Source: Macrostomum lignano
Lineage: Eukaryota
Direction: 5' to 3'
Assembly: GCA_002269645.1 (NCBI GenBank)
Contig: NIVC01002759.1
Coordinates: 42,176-106,175 of the forward strand
Length of the DNA: 64,000 nucleotides
The translations under genes were made by a program, and so were the position numbers. This document shows, piece by piece, positions 1 to 37,514 of the stretch. Within the stretch, counting starts at the first letter, position 1, and every line of letters starts with the position of its first letter. Below the pieces are notes generated by a model, which was not told where the DNA came from, searched no databases, and was given only the letters and a program-made list of their open reading frames with translations.

Positions 1-69
1 AGCTCGAACGAGCAAGACAGCGAAGGATGCGATTACGATGATTTCTCGCTTTTTCGGCGACGGCAGTGA
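1..69 (+). CDS. Possible 3' end of an unidentified coding exon truncated by the window start
   Basis: Frame 1 reads SSNEQDSEGCDYDDFSLFRRRQ-stop, followed by AT-rich sequence with AATAAA at ~314. No recognisable homology. Confidence 0.2.
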   Translation, partial: SSNEQDSEGCDYDDFSLFRRRQ

Positions 70-533
70 CGTGCCGAGAGAAGGATAGCCAGTGTGGCCC
101 CTGGCTAAAGTTGAAAATACGCTCGTATTAGCGTTAGCGTAGCAGTGAAAAAAAAGCGCAGGAAAAGTTCTAGTATTAAAAGCGTCAAGTCTTAAGACAG
201 TTCTAAAAAATACACGACCAATTTCAGCTTTCTAAAGATTTTTTCGACAATAATTAATGTAAGAATGTATATTTTCTAGAAGTTCTGACTTCGTGAAAAA
301 TCGCGAAACAATCAATAAAGCGATAGGAAAATTGAAGTTCCTGCTCAGGAAAATTAAATAGTTAGCAATAGTTCTTTAATGTAATTACCGTTTAGTTCTA
401 ACTGTAATTAACAACGTATCCTAAATTTGTTTGAATACCTGTCGACTGTTGTGTGATATAAAACATACTAGAGAATAAACTGTTTAACTAATGTTGCACT
501 AGGTACTATCATTCTTTGTATTGTCATTAATAA

Positions 534-1300
534 TCAAGACTCAAAAGTACTGAGTACATTGTATCGCATTTTTATACTCATTGCTTCTATAAGCTCAGTT
601 TCGTAAAATCTGGCGTACTTTCCGTCGACGCTTTTCTCCGGATGATTAATATCAGCTGACCGATTCTTCGAGGGCAGGGAGGGCAAGGCCAAATACTTGC
701 GACAATCAGCATCTACACCGTGTTGCAAACAATCGCACCCCATCAGGGCACGCAAGTGCTCTTGTCCACGTCTTTCAGCATCACGCCGGTCGAAATAGTA
801 ACGGATCTTTAGCATATCCCCTTCCTCGATTGCGTCATAGGAGCGTGTCTCTTGGCCAGCTGGAATGAATTTCTATTGCTACCATCGAAAGCCCTGTGCT
901 TAGCAATCAGATTGATTGGACGCTTGCACAAGGTGTTTAAATATCGTTGGATGCCTGCTCTTATGCAACCAAGTGGTGCTGGTGTGTAATACTTCCCTTC
1001 TTTTGCCTCTAATTGAAAGTAGTAGAGTCTCAAATACTCATCCAGTGCTTTATCATCTAAATCCTGATAGTCGGTGCGCAGTCCTTTGCTCTTACAGAAA
1101 TTCAAAAACCTCCTACCATTTCTTTTTTATTTGTCGTCGCGTGCTTATGGGTAGTCCGTCCAACTGGACATGTCTAAATCAGCCAATTCAGCCGAGAGAT
1201 GGTCATCTGCAAGTTGATTCTCGTATTCTTCAAGCCAATCTTCGTCAAGTGAAGATAGTCGCGTAATGACGTCCATTTGATCGGTAGTAGCGCCACTAAT
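534..1300 (-). mobile_element. Degenerate Crypton-like (DUF3504/tyrosine-recombinase-type) transposon remnant
   Basis: Consecutive frameshifted ORFs read LDEYLRLYYFQLEAKEGKYYTPAPLGCIRAGIQRYL...INLI...F and then RRGQEHLRAL...D..CRKYL. These match the pattern I recognise from Crypton/KCTD1/ZMYM DUF3504 proteins (DG..Y...L..IRAGI.RYL; RRG.E.LR.L). Stops and frameshifts are present and the C-terminal catalytic half is missing. Confidence 0.6.
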
Positions 1301-1863
1301 ACAGTTATCAGGGAGATTCTTGTAGTTGATCAATGGCGGAACAATTTGTCCTCTGGTGATGTGTATAAAAACTAACAATAAACAGCGAGATGAACACAAA
1401 AAAGCAGACAGAGGGGCGCAGGGACTAAGCAAGTATATTTATTCCAATAAACTAGAGAGGTGCAATATAAGACAAGAGTGGGTGAAGTGTGCGACTGAGG
1501 AAAGAGGCGAGAATAGAGAGCCAATCAGAAAGCAGCGAGGGAGAGAGATAAGAATAAGAAAATTGAACTAGACAGATTCTACTAAGCCTGCGTGTTATTG
1601 TCTTTCTAGATCATAAACAACTAGCCTTTGTGGAAACACTAGTCAATGCACCTTTCTGCAGTCGGAATGCATGATATTGCCGAAGGCACTTGCGTGTTAT
1701 ACCATTATTATGTACCCCGACTGCAGAAGAATGTACCATTGCTTGTTGCTGATGTAGATCAGAGTTAAGATACAGTATCACGTTGTAGTTGCTGCATTAA
1801 ATCGAGTTGAGAAAAATTATAAATGTATGTATAAAGTATAAGGATAAGTGGTGATCAGTTATA

Positions 1864-2754
1864 AAATAAGATTGTCGATGACTGGCTGCTCCTTAGCCTG
1901 GCGGCAGTAAGGGAAAGAAAGTCCTGCGCAGACTCGCATTTCGTCGATCTTCTCTTGCTGCTTGGCAATCTCTGCCTGTTCAAGACAAACTTGCTCGGAA
2001 GCCGCGCTCTTCTCTTGATAAATGCGACGCTGCTCCAAAAGCTGCTGTTTTAAGGTTGAACTTCAAGCACTGGCCTTAAAGCTGGCGTAAAGGAGAGCCA
2101 GACTGATGCGTAACGTAAGCCGGCTCTGGTTATTGGCTTTTAGTCAAACTTTAATCGATAAAAGAGATTCGAGAGTGAAATCAGACAGCCTATTACACTG
2201 CTTCCTCAGATTTTATGCAATTCACTTCAGGGCCAGTTTACTATCAGCATTTCCATGAGGCCCAGGCTGCACGTCCCAGTCAGGTTAGCAGAGGGTAATT
2301 TTCTGCAAGTACAATAAATTAGCCCAGAATTTTCCTGCCGCCTTTCCGTCTTTAACTCGACGAGACACAGTTTGCACATTCGATGTCTCTAGCCGAAGAT
2401 CATCTAGGCGCTCTGTCGGAATGACTGTCGTCATCTTGGCAACGTGCAGCACCGTCTCATCTAATTGGAATTCGTCGGAAAGTACGAGATGACAACGTAG
2501 ATTTTGTGGATTGACGAACTGAAGGCTCCAAAGCAGATTGTTTCGCAAACGGCAGATAAGAAATATTCTGCTGTCTAATTTGTCCTTAAAACTCTAGCTG
2601 CCGGCAAAAGGTTACTTTGTCTTTTGTCGATAAGGTCTTGACCAAAACCCGAGTACTAGCACCGACAAGCTCACGAAGTTTTTCGGCAATGTCGATCAAG
2701 TTTGTGACATGATTAAAAACATTGTCACGAACCAAGCAAAACAGCTGTACATTG
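1864..2754 (-). other. Possible unidentified spliced gene or pseudogene fragment with a coiled-coil segment
   Basis: Candidate exon 2754-2616 (cacctctgcag acceptor, AAA|gtaacc donor) joins in phase to an exon starting at 2518 (FVNPQNLRCHLVLSDEF...). A downstream segment reads QQLLEQRRIYQEKSAASEQVCLEQAEIAKQQEKIDEMR. A full model could not be closed. Confidence 0.25.
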
Positions 2755-2925
2755 CTGCAGAGGTGAAGGATTGCAGATTGTACATAGAGAAAGTTAAGCT
2801 GAGATGAATGGCCGGGCACACCTAAAAGAGCGGATAAACTGGCAGTGGCAGGCAGGAGCAAGCAGCAAAAATGAGGATGGCGAGGCAAGCGGCGAAGCGG
2901 AGAGGAACCTGTCTGGGACGAGAGA

Positions 2926-3220
2926 GTGGCGGCACGAGAGATTCATACGCAGGTAGATAGTGCCGGAGTGAGACGAACGGGGGAACTCGGATGGAGGAGA
3001 GAGGACGCAGGGACTACGCGAAGCTACGGGTCACCACCCTTACCTAGCGCGGAGTACGGTAGGAAGATTTTTAAGATTGTGGAAGGCAACTGCATGCTCT
3101 GCAACACAGCGGAAGTGAAACCAATAAGCATGTGTTGCTGAGATGTCCGGCTATGAAGGTGCAGAGGCACCTATTTAGGCTGGAGGACCTCAGCGTGTTA
3201 ACAGAAACAGCAACAAAAAC
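2926..3220 (+). mobile_element. Non-LTR retrotransposon (LINE) ORF2 3' remnant
   Basis: With one frameshift it reads CMLCNTAE(V)ETNKHVLLRCPAMKVQR, the C-terminal CCHC zinc finger typical of LINE ORF2. Confidence 0.55.
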
Positions 3221-3961
3221 AACAACAAAAACAGAAACCGACACCAGAGCAGCAACAGCTGTAACAGAAGCAACAACAGAAACCAAGCAATGGTCCAAAA
3301 TCAGCCACGAAAACAACAAAGAAAAGCTACTATTACAAAAACAACGCTAAGCATATCAAGAATCAATTAAGCTAAATTGGTTCACATGAACAAGTGAACT
3401 GAGCTATCGCCTCTGTACTGTTAAGTCTGCACCAAACTCCGTGGATTTTACATAATAGCTTTTGTGATCTTACTTTTTAGCAATATGTATAATAACTGTT
3501 TAAACTATACAAGACAGCTAAAAATTGCTATTTAGTAGGCATTAGAGCGCACTAACTATATTGTTCGCGCTAGTATTACCAATATTTTAATATACCTGTT
3601 ACAGCTGGTCAAGCAACGGCCATTGTGCATTCAATCTAGCACTGCCTGCAGCTCACAAAATTTTATTGTTGGCCAGTTTTTATCAATCTCTCTGACATTC
3701 GTACAGAGAGTGACCGACAGTCTAATATTGATTTTTCTTTAGCCCCTCCCTTCCCCACATGGCCACACATGAGCACGATTCAGATCTGTATGCTTTTCTA
3801 TATAGTTAGTAAATACGGTTATAAATTATTCTGTCTTCCGGTAGCTTCAGATTTGAATACAGAGCTTACTGTTTTTCTAGCTATTTTATTATCAGGGTTT
3901 TTTATGTTCGACTTTTTCGTAACCTTGGACAGAATGTGAATTTAAATAAAATAGATTTTAG

Positions 3962-4800
3962 GGTTAGAATTCTAGCTTCATCATCTCAAGGGGTGAGATT
4001 TTGAGAATTAGAATTCTAGCTTCATTATCTCAAATGGTGAGATTTTGAGAATTAGAATTCTCGCTTCATTATCTCAGAGTCAGATTTTGAGAATTAGAAT
4101 TCTAGCTTCATCATCTCAAGGGGTGAGATTTTGAGAATTAGAATTCTAGCTTCATTATCTCAAGTGGTGAGATTTAGAGAATTAGAATTCTAGCTTCATT
4201 ATCTCAGAGTCAGATTTTGAGAATTAGAATTCTAGCTTCATCATCTCAAGGGGTGAGATTTTGAGAATTAGAATTCTAGCTTCATCATCTCAAGGGGTGA
4301 GATTTTGAGAATTAGAATTCTAGCTTTATTATCTCAGAGTCAGATTTTGAGAATTAGAACTTTAGCTTCATCATCCCAGAGTGAGATTTTGAGAATTAGA
4401 ATTCTAGCTTCATCATCTCAGAGTGATATTTTGAGAATTAGAATTCTAGCTTCATCAACTCAAAGAGTGAGATTTTGATAATTAGAATTCTAGCTTCATC
4501 ATCTCAAGGGGTGAGATTTTGAGAATAAGAACTTTAGCTTCATCATCTCAGAGTGAGATTTTGAGAATTAGAACTTTAGCTTCATCATCTCAGAGTGAGA
4601 TTTTGAGAATCATAATTCTAGCTTCATCATCTCAAAGTGAGATTTTGAGAATTAGAATTCTAGCTTCATCATCTCGAGGCCACGAGGGGTGAGATTTTGA
4701 GAATCAGAATTCTAGCTTCATCATCTCAGAGTGAGATTTTGAGAATTCGAATTCTAGCTTCATTATCTCAAGGGGTGAGATTTTGAAAATTAAGAATTCT
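3962..4800. repeat. Minisatellite, 41-44 bp unit
   Basis: Unit gaattagaattctagcttcatcatctca(aggg/gag)tgagattttga, with an internal atctca...tgagat inverted repeat. Confidence 0.95.
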
Positions 4801-4889
4801 TACTTTAATAACCTCCTGGTAATTCTATGCGAATAATCAGTGTATTTAGCTAATTCCCTAAATCCTTTGCTATCCCGAAAACAGAGGGC

Positions 4890-12897
<8,008 letters not shown>

Positions 12898-13292
12898 AGT
12901 TGCCAGTTAGTGCTTGGAATAGCGAAAAGTGTTTAAACACAGCTGACAACTTCAACTATTTATTATCATTTATTAAATTCGCTTAAATCCTTTTTTGACC
13001 GTTTGGTTGGGCATTTTTGTGTGTTTTTTTGTTCTCTTCAATCCGCCTGGTTTCTGGTCTCACTTTATCTATAATAACGCTGTTTAGATATGAATTTGTT
13101 TAATCCATAATTTATGCGCCTCTTGTATTTGTGGCTTAATATATATTTTTGATTTTTGTGCAGAATTTGATGGTGACCCCCTCCCCCGAGAAATACATTC
13201 GCATTGTGCCTCCCTCACTTCTGTGCCTGCACTTATTGAACAGCATCTGTTCTGCTTGATTTGGTGCTCTAGTGGCATTCCCGTGAAATCAC

Positions 13293-13610
13293 TGGGGTCA
13301 GGTGACCCCTGCTCTGACAGAATCCACCAGGGTCAGATGACCCCTGCTGCTCTGACAGAATCCACCAGGGTCAGATGACCCCTGCTGCTCTGACAGAATC
13401 CACCAGGGTCAGATGACCCCTGCTGCTCTGACAGAATCCACCAGGGTCAGATGACCCCTGCTGCTCTTAAGTATTCACCAGGGTCAGATGACCCCTGCTG
13501 CTCTGACAGAATCCACAAGGGTCAGATGACCCCTGCTGCTCTGACAGAATCCACCAAAGTCAGATGACCCCTGCTGCTCTGACAGAATCTACCAGGGTCA
13601 GATGACCCCG
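13293..13610. repeat. Minisatellite, 38 bp unit, downstream of LARP1
   Basis: Unit aatccaccagggtcagatgacccctgctgctctgacag, containing GGGTCA-GA-TGACCC. Confidence 0.95.
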
Positions 13611-14084
13611 GATCTTCTGTTCCAGAGTTGGTACTTTAATAAAACTTAATAATAATAACTCTGTACTTTTCATGCACTTTTAGTCGTTTATCTATTATGA
13701 CTAGCTACAAGGCATATTGCTGTTCATTGAAAGCATACAGGTATTTTTGGGTGTCGGTTCTGTATTATATACAAGTAGAGAAGCATGAAATTGTTTATTT
13801 TTGCTTATGTCATTCGTTTCGTCTGGAATGCGGCCTTGTTAGTCAAGGTTTTCTTATTTTAAACTTTGTAATGGTTCTCTGTGTTCTCTGTCAGTTTTAA
13901 TAGTATTTTGAAGCGATTGTTTAGGAATATTAGCGAACCTTTAGTTGTGAAATCGTTTAAATCATGACAAATGAATTTTTTAAATCTTACTTTTAGTTGA
14001 AGTGGCTTTTTACTTATCGCCTCAAAAAAGTTTTTTTCAACGGTTTTGAACCGAAAATGTTGGTTTCTTAAGAGCATGACCTGA

Positions 14085-14850
14085 AAAAGAGCGTTCCTCA
14101 AGGTCATGACGATAAAAATAGTTCCATAAATTCATGACCCTAATGGAAAGGAATAGCCTGAAAAAGATCGCTTTATGAGGTCATGACCCGACCAATCTAC
14201 TTCTATAAGGTCATGAACAGACAAATACGCTTCCATAAGGTCATGACCCGGTAAATCGGCTTCCATAAGGTCATGAACCGATACATAGGCTTCCATAAGG
14301 TTTGACCCGACCAATCTACTTCTATAAGGTCATGAACAGACAAATACGCTTCCATAAGGTCATGACCCGGTAAATCGGCTTCCATAAGGTCATGAACCGA
14401 TACATAGGCTTCCATAAGGTTTGACCCGAATAATTGGCTTCCATAAGGTCATGACACGATAAATCGGCTTCCATAAGGTCATGACCCGAATAATTGGCTT
14501 CCATAAGGTCATGACCCGAATAATTGGCTTCCATAAGGTCATGACACGATAAATCGGCTTCCATAAGGTCATGACCCGAATAATTGGCTTCCATAAGGTC
14601 ATGACCCGAATAATTGGCTTCCATAAGGTCATGACACGATAAATCGGCTTCCATAAGGTCATGACCCGAATAATTGGCTTCCATAAGGTCATGACCCGAA
14701 TAATTGGCTTCCATAAGGTCATGACCCGAATAATTGGCTTCCATAAGGTCATGACACGATAAATCGGCTTCCATAAGGTCATGACCCGAATAATTGGCTT
14801 CCATGAGGTCATGACCCGACAAATAAGCTTCCATAAGGTCATGAACCTAG
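14085..14850. repeat. Minisatellite, 30 bp unit
   Basis: Unit ccataaggtcatgacccgaataattggctt, containing the palindrome GGTCATGACC. Confidence 0.95.
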
Positions 14851-15622
14851 GCTCCCCAAAGAACCTGAAAAATTAGGTTTTCTGAGGTCAACTAACGCTA
14901 AGGTTAATAGTTCTCAGAGGTCATGGCCAGAGATTCGATCTATTCAAAATTAAATGTTTATTATATTGTGCTTACTCACATCTAACACGATACAAGTCTT
15001 TATAAAAAATTTAAATGTTTATTGGTTATTATGGCTTAATACAATATTCATGCTTTTCCCTGACTATATATGTACTGTTTTATTTTCATATTAATTGGCT
15101 AATGGGCTCCTATATAATATGTACTTTTATATATTTTTTATCAAAACTGCTCTTCCACTCATTCGATATCAATCAGTCTTCTTTGGCTCGAATTGCTGCC
15201 TTTCTTTTTGAATGCGAAAGAATTACCAATGTACCTTAATTATTGTGTTCGGGATTTACACGGAATAGCGCACTCCTATGTGTACCTTTGCGCTGTATTA
15301 TTTGTTTCACTGTCCGCGCACTTTTGTGTCCAACCAACCTTTTGCGCGCACTGCACTACTTGTTAAAAGGAGCGCTTGTGACGAATTGGCATCGCGTTAG
15401 CTAAATTTAACTCTTTTTTTTAACTTTTAACGAAATTAATACACGAACTATTAACTAGCTATAAAAGCATGTTTCGTTGTTTCATTTTCTGGTGCGTTTA
15501 TTGTTGGTTTTTCCGTCTAGCACTTTTCCGATTGTTATACTGCAGGCTAATTGTCCATTAAGCTGTTATTTGTTGTTTAAAAAAGTATCTCTTCTCTTCC
15601 AATTTACATCGGCCCTATTCAA

Positions 15623-16258
15623 GTGAACCCCCATTCTACCCCAACTAAACAGCAGCCTTATCTCTCTCTCCCAATGTACACAGACCCTAGTTGTGAACCC
15701 CCATTCTACCCCAACTAAACAGCAGCCTTATCTCTCTCGCCCAATGTACACAGACCCTAGTTGTGGACCCCCATTCTACCCCAACTAAACAGCAGCCTTA
15801 TCTCTCTCGCCCAATGTACACAGACCTTAGTTGTGAACCCCCATTCTACCCCAACTAAACAGCAGCCTTATCTCTCTCGCCCAATGTACACAGACCCTAG
15901 TTGTGGACCCCCATTCTACCCCAACTAAACAGCAGCCTTATCTCTCTCGCCCAATGTACACAGACCCTAGTTGTGGACCCCCATTCTACCCCAACTAAAC
16001 AGCAGCCTTATCTCTCTCGCCCAATGTACACAGACCCTAGTTGTGAACCCCCATTCTACCCCAACTAAACAGCAGCCTTATCTCTCTCTCCCAATGTACA
16101 CAGACCCTAGTTGTGAACCCCCATTCTACCCCAACTAAACAGCAGCCTTATCTCTCTCTCCCAATGTACACAGACCCTAGTTGTGAACCCCATTCTACCC
16201 CAACTAAACAGCAGCCTTATCTCTCGCGCCCAATGTACACAGACCTAAGTGAACCCCT
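15623..16258. repeat. Minisatellite, 70 bp unit, ~9 copies
   Basis: Unit gtgaacccccattctaccccaactaaacagcagccttatctctctcgcccaatgtacacagaccctagtt. Confidence 0.96.
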
Positions 16259-16999
16259 ATTCCAACTCTCAAGCCTTCACTTAGGTGCCCCATTACTTGC
16301 GCCTTATTTGCGCCCTAAGCCACTTGCACTTTATTAAATACACAATTATAGTTCGTGTCTGTTGTCCTCTCCATGTCCATTGTCTTTACAGCTATTAACA
16401 AGCTTTTCTGGTGCTGTATTTTATCAATAATTAGTCTATGAAAATATTTGTGGCAATTTTTGTGCTTTTGGTGAACATTTCCGTCAGTCGTTCTTTTTTT
16501 AATTTGCTGTGTTGTGCTGGATTTAGTGCCAATTGCAGCTGTGTTTTGTGTCTACTTTGCGGGCTGAAGATAAATGTGTTTTTCTCTGTGTAGCTACGAG
16601 TACGCATCATTTTTGACTTATTGAAATTAATAAAGTTTTTTGCAATACTTTTTTCCGTCTAGTTTTTTCCCCACTTTCAAGACTTTGGGAAATTTGTCCC
16701 AGACACAAAATTATAAAACTACATTTATAATATTTAAATATATATTTAACTGCATACGCACTTACTGTCCCAGCTTCATCGTATTAGTAAAAGTTCAAAC
16801 CTAGTACTTTAACCCCCACAAATTTTCCCTTGCGTTCTTCAGTTAAATTCTTTTCAGAGCCGTTTGTTTACAAATGTCTTGTTTATTTATGATGTTTTTG
16901 CTGCTAGGGATCATTCTTTCTTCTCTGATAAAAATATTGTCTTTTTTAATTTCTTACTATCTTTGCCTTCTCTCCTGCTGGCTGCTTTTGCCTCTTCCG

Positions 17000-18115
17000 G
17001 TTTCTTTTCTGCTTTCTCTTCCGCTTCTGTTGTCTTTTCTGCTTTCTCTTCCGCTTCTTTTGTCTGTTCTGCTTTCTCTTCCGCTTCTGTTGTCTTTTCT
17101 GCTTTCTCTTCCGCTTCTGTTGTCTTTTCTGCTTTCTCTTCTGCTTCTTTTGTCTTTTTTTGCTTTCTCTTCTGCTTCTTTTGTCTTTTCTGCTTTCTCT
17201 TCTGCTTCTTTTGTCTTTTCTGCTTTCTCTTCCGCTTCTGTTGTCTGTTCTGCTTTCTCTTCCGCTTCTTTTGTCTTTTTTTGCTTTCTCTTCTGCTTCT
17301 TTTGTCTTTTCTGCTTTCTCTTCTGCTTCTTTTGTCTTTTCTGCTTTCTCTTCCGCTTCTGTTGTCTGTTCTGCTTTCTCTTCCGCTTCTTTTGTCTTTT
17401 CTGCTTTCTCTTCCGCTTCTTTTGTCTTTTTTTGCTTTCTCTTCTGCTTCTTTTGTCTTTTCTGCTTTCTCTTCCGCTTCTTTTGTCTTTTCTGCTTTCT
17501 CTTCCGCTTCTCTTGTCTGTTCTGCTTTCTCTTCTGCTTCTGTTGTCTTTTCTGCTTTCTCTTCTGCTTCTTTTGTCTTTTCTGCTTTCTCTTCCGCTTC
17601 TTTTGTCTTTTCTGCTTTCTCTTCTGCTTCTTTTGTCTTTTCTGCTTTCTCTTCCGCTTCTTTTGTCTTTTTTTGCTTTCTCTTCTGCTTCTTTTGTCTG
17701 TTCTGCTTTCTCTTCCGCTTCTTTTGTCTTTTCTGCTTTCTCTTCCGCTTCTTTTGTCTTTTCTGCTTTCTCTTCCGCTTCTTTTGTCTTTTTTTGCTTT
17801 CTCTTCTGCTTCTTTTGTCTTTTCTGCTTTCTCTTCTGCTTCTTTTGTCTTTTCTGCTTTCTCTTCCGCTTCTGTTGTCTGTTCTGCTTTCTCTTCTGCT
17901 TCTTTTGTCTTTTCTGCTTTCTCTTCCGCTTCTTTTGTCTTTTTTTGCTTTCTCTTCTGCTTCTTTTGTCTTTTCTGCTTTCTCTTCCGCTTCTTTTGTC
18001 TTTTTTTGCTTTCTCTTCTGCTTCTTTTGTCTTTTTTTGCTTTCTCTTCTGCTTCTTTTGTCTTTTCTGCTTTCTCTTCTGCTTCTTTTGTCTGTTCTGC
18101 TTTCTCTTCCGCTTC
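17000..18115. repeat. 30/31 bp purine-pyrimidine-skewed tandem repeat, potentially coding (EEKAEKTKEA)n on the minus strand
   Basis: Unit ttttctgctttctcttccgcttcttttgtc; eight variant units carry a T7 run (+1 nt). Confidence 0.92.
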
Positions 18116-18426
18116 TCTTTCAGTTTCTTGCTCATTTCTTGCCCATGACCTCACTATTTCCCCGTTATATTTCTCCTTCTTTAGACTCATCCTCCGTTTC
18201 TTGTGTCTGATTTCTTCTTTAACCCTACAGGCCTTACAGTATTGGCACTGCGCGCACACAGCACAGCCACAATCCCAGCTATTGGCTGTAGCCACTGGCC
18301 AATGGAAAGAGCTGAGCTGATATTGAACCAAGTAAATCTGCTGTCTTGACAGCAGATCGTACATATGCGCGAGACAGCCTGCAGCAAATTCTCAGTAGGC
18401 ACCGGAAATCAATTCGAATATCTGGC

Positions 18427-22346
<3,920 letters not shown>

Positions 22347-23929
22347 ATTGTTAATCTGCTCAACATGATGTATTGGTGAAATTTTACTTGATAAGCAACA
22401 CTTACAATATATTTAATAGCATCGAGACCTTTATGAAGCATTTTGGTACTACATTTGCATGGGGCTGACTCTGTTTAAAATATAGCGAATTAAAGATTTT
22501 TTGACAACTGCTCAAGTCTATATGAACTGCACCTGTCATACTTGAGTTGCTTGAGAAATGTCAACTGCGAAAACTTATGGTAGCAAGTATAAAAATTTTA
22601 ATTGAATTTCACAAATAATATACTACATACTTATTTCGCAGACATGCTACTTACAGAAAGTAAACGAGTAGTCTCATGAACATTTATAAAAGTAGCCGTT
22701 ACAACTAGAAAAAATAAAGGCACTTAAACGTGTTTCTATTTGCAGCAAAGCACATATCAGTTTATGGCAAAGAAGTTCCGCACAAATACTTGTTTTATTT
22801 ATATATTTTCTGTTTTTGTCACATTTAGACACTTACTTCTTTTTTATTCTTAAACGGTTTCAACAACAATACACCAGTCTGGACAAACAAAGAATAAGGA
22901 TTTAAAATTTAGTGCATTATAACAACCAAAACGACAAACAATTGGATGGACATTGGCCAATGGTGAAACGGCGCATTTTTAATTTGAAGTTTTTACATCT
23001 AAAAAACGAGATGTTAAGCCTGGTATGGGGGCTAGGATGGCTTTAGCGGTTTAAAATAGTAGCTATTTTATTTTTTTTGGAACTTAGTTAGCCAAATATA
23101 GTGTTTTATTTTTTGACAGTTAATTATTTATTCCGAATTTTTCAGATAACAGTATACAGCAAACAGCATGAATACTAGCTAGTATTATGCTAGTAATCTA
23201 GCTACTACATATATTTGTAATTAATAATAATTATAATAATAATAGTATAAGGAATAAAATTTAATAATAGAATAATAAAATTTTAATAATAAAATTTAAT
23301 ATGATTATTATTATTACAATCATAATAAAGAATGCATATATTTGTAATAATAAATGTTTTATTTAAAACAGTATATATGTACTTCATTGAAGCGCAAAAT
23401 TTTTTTTAAACAAAAGTAAAGACACGCACTTTAATTACGCTAAATAAGTTAGAAAGCAGCTAGAATTAAATTTGTTTCAAGGAATGTGGGTTATTTGATA
23501 ATATCTAAGAAACAACAGCAAATGACGCACGGTAATATACGTGTAAGTTTCGTATTTGTTCATCTGGTGCCATTAGCCAATAAAGAAATTAAAACAAAAT
23601 TTATTATTTAAACGCACAAATTTAAAATAAGAATTTCAATATGCTATTTAATGTATCGATAGCATTTGAATTCACTGAAGAATGTAGATATTTTTTTTTA
23701 ATTTAATGCAAGTCTTCTCACCTCCAGATCTACTTGCAGTATGTTGCAGTCATATACTACACGTACTACACGAAGGCATGTACTACACGTCTCATTGGCT
23801 TGAATTTCGTAAACGCTTTGTGCGCTAAAAACGCTTCCAATTCCCAATGCTAGCGTTAAAAATAGTCTGTTTAAAGGTTCAAATTAAGGTTTCAATTTTT
23901 TTAACTTCGATCATCGCGCAGTCCTGCGC

Positions 23930-37153
<13,224 letters not shown>

Positions 37154-37514
37154 TCTCGATGCGATATTCGATGGCTTTGGGTGCTCAGCTGCAGTTGTCG
37201 GTTCTCTGCAGATCCAACAGACAGGCGCACAGAGTGGAACAATGCTCTCGGAACCAACAATGAGGCACCGGGCCAGCGGAGCGCCCAGATGAATCTGCGA
37301 CTGACTCTGCACGGTCCAATGGGCAAGCCGTGGCGTGCAGAAAAAATGCAATAGTTATTTTCCCCGATTCCGGATGCTGGAAGCTTCATCAGAGAGGCAG
37401 ACTCAGCCAATCCAGTGCAGATTTGGTACAGTTATTGGACCGTGAATTTTGTTGGCTAAATGAAATTATTTTGGCCTGAGTGCCACATCGTTTGGCTGAC
37501 GTTTCAATGCCTGG

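Noticed and set aside
1654-1728. SECIS element
   Set aside because: The 3' GA of the kink-turn quartet is missing and there is no selenoprotein nearby.
15623-16258. Regularly spaced arrays (here and elsewhere) as a possible CRISPR
   Set aside because: Units are contiguous near-identical copies with no unique spacers, there are no cas genes, and the context is eukaryotic.
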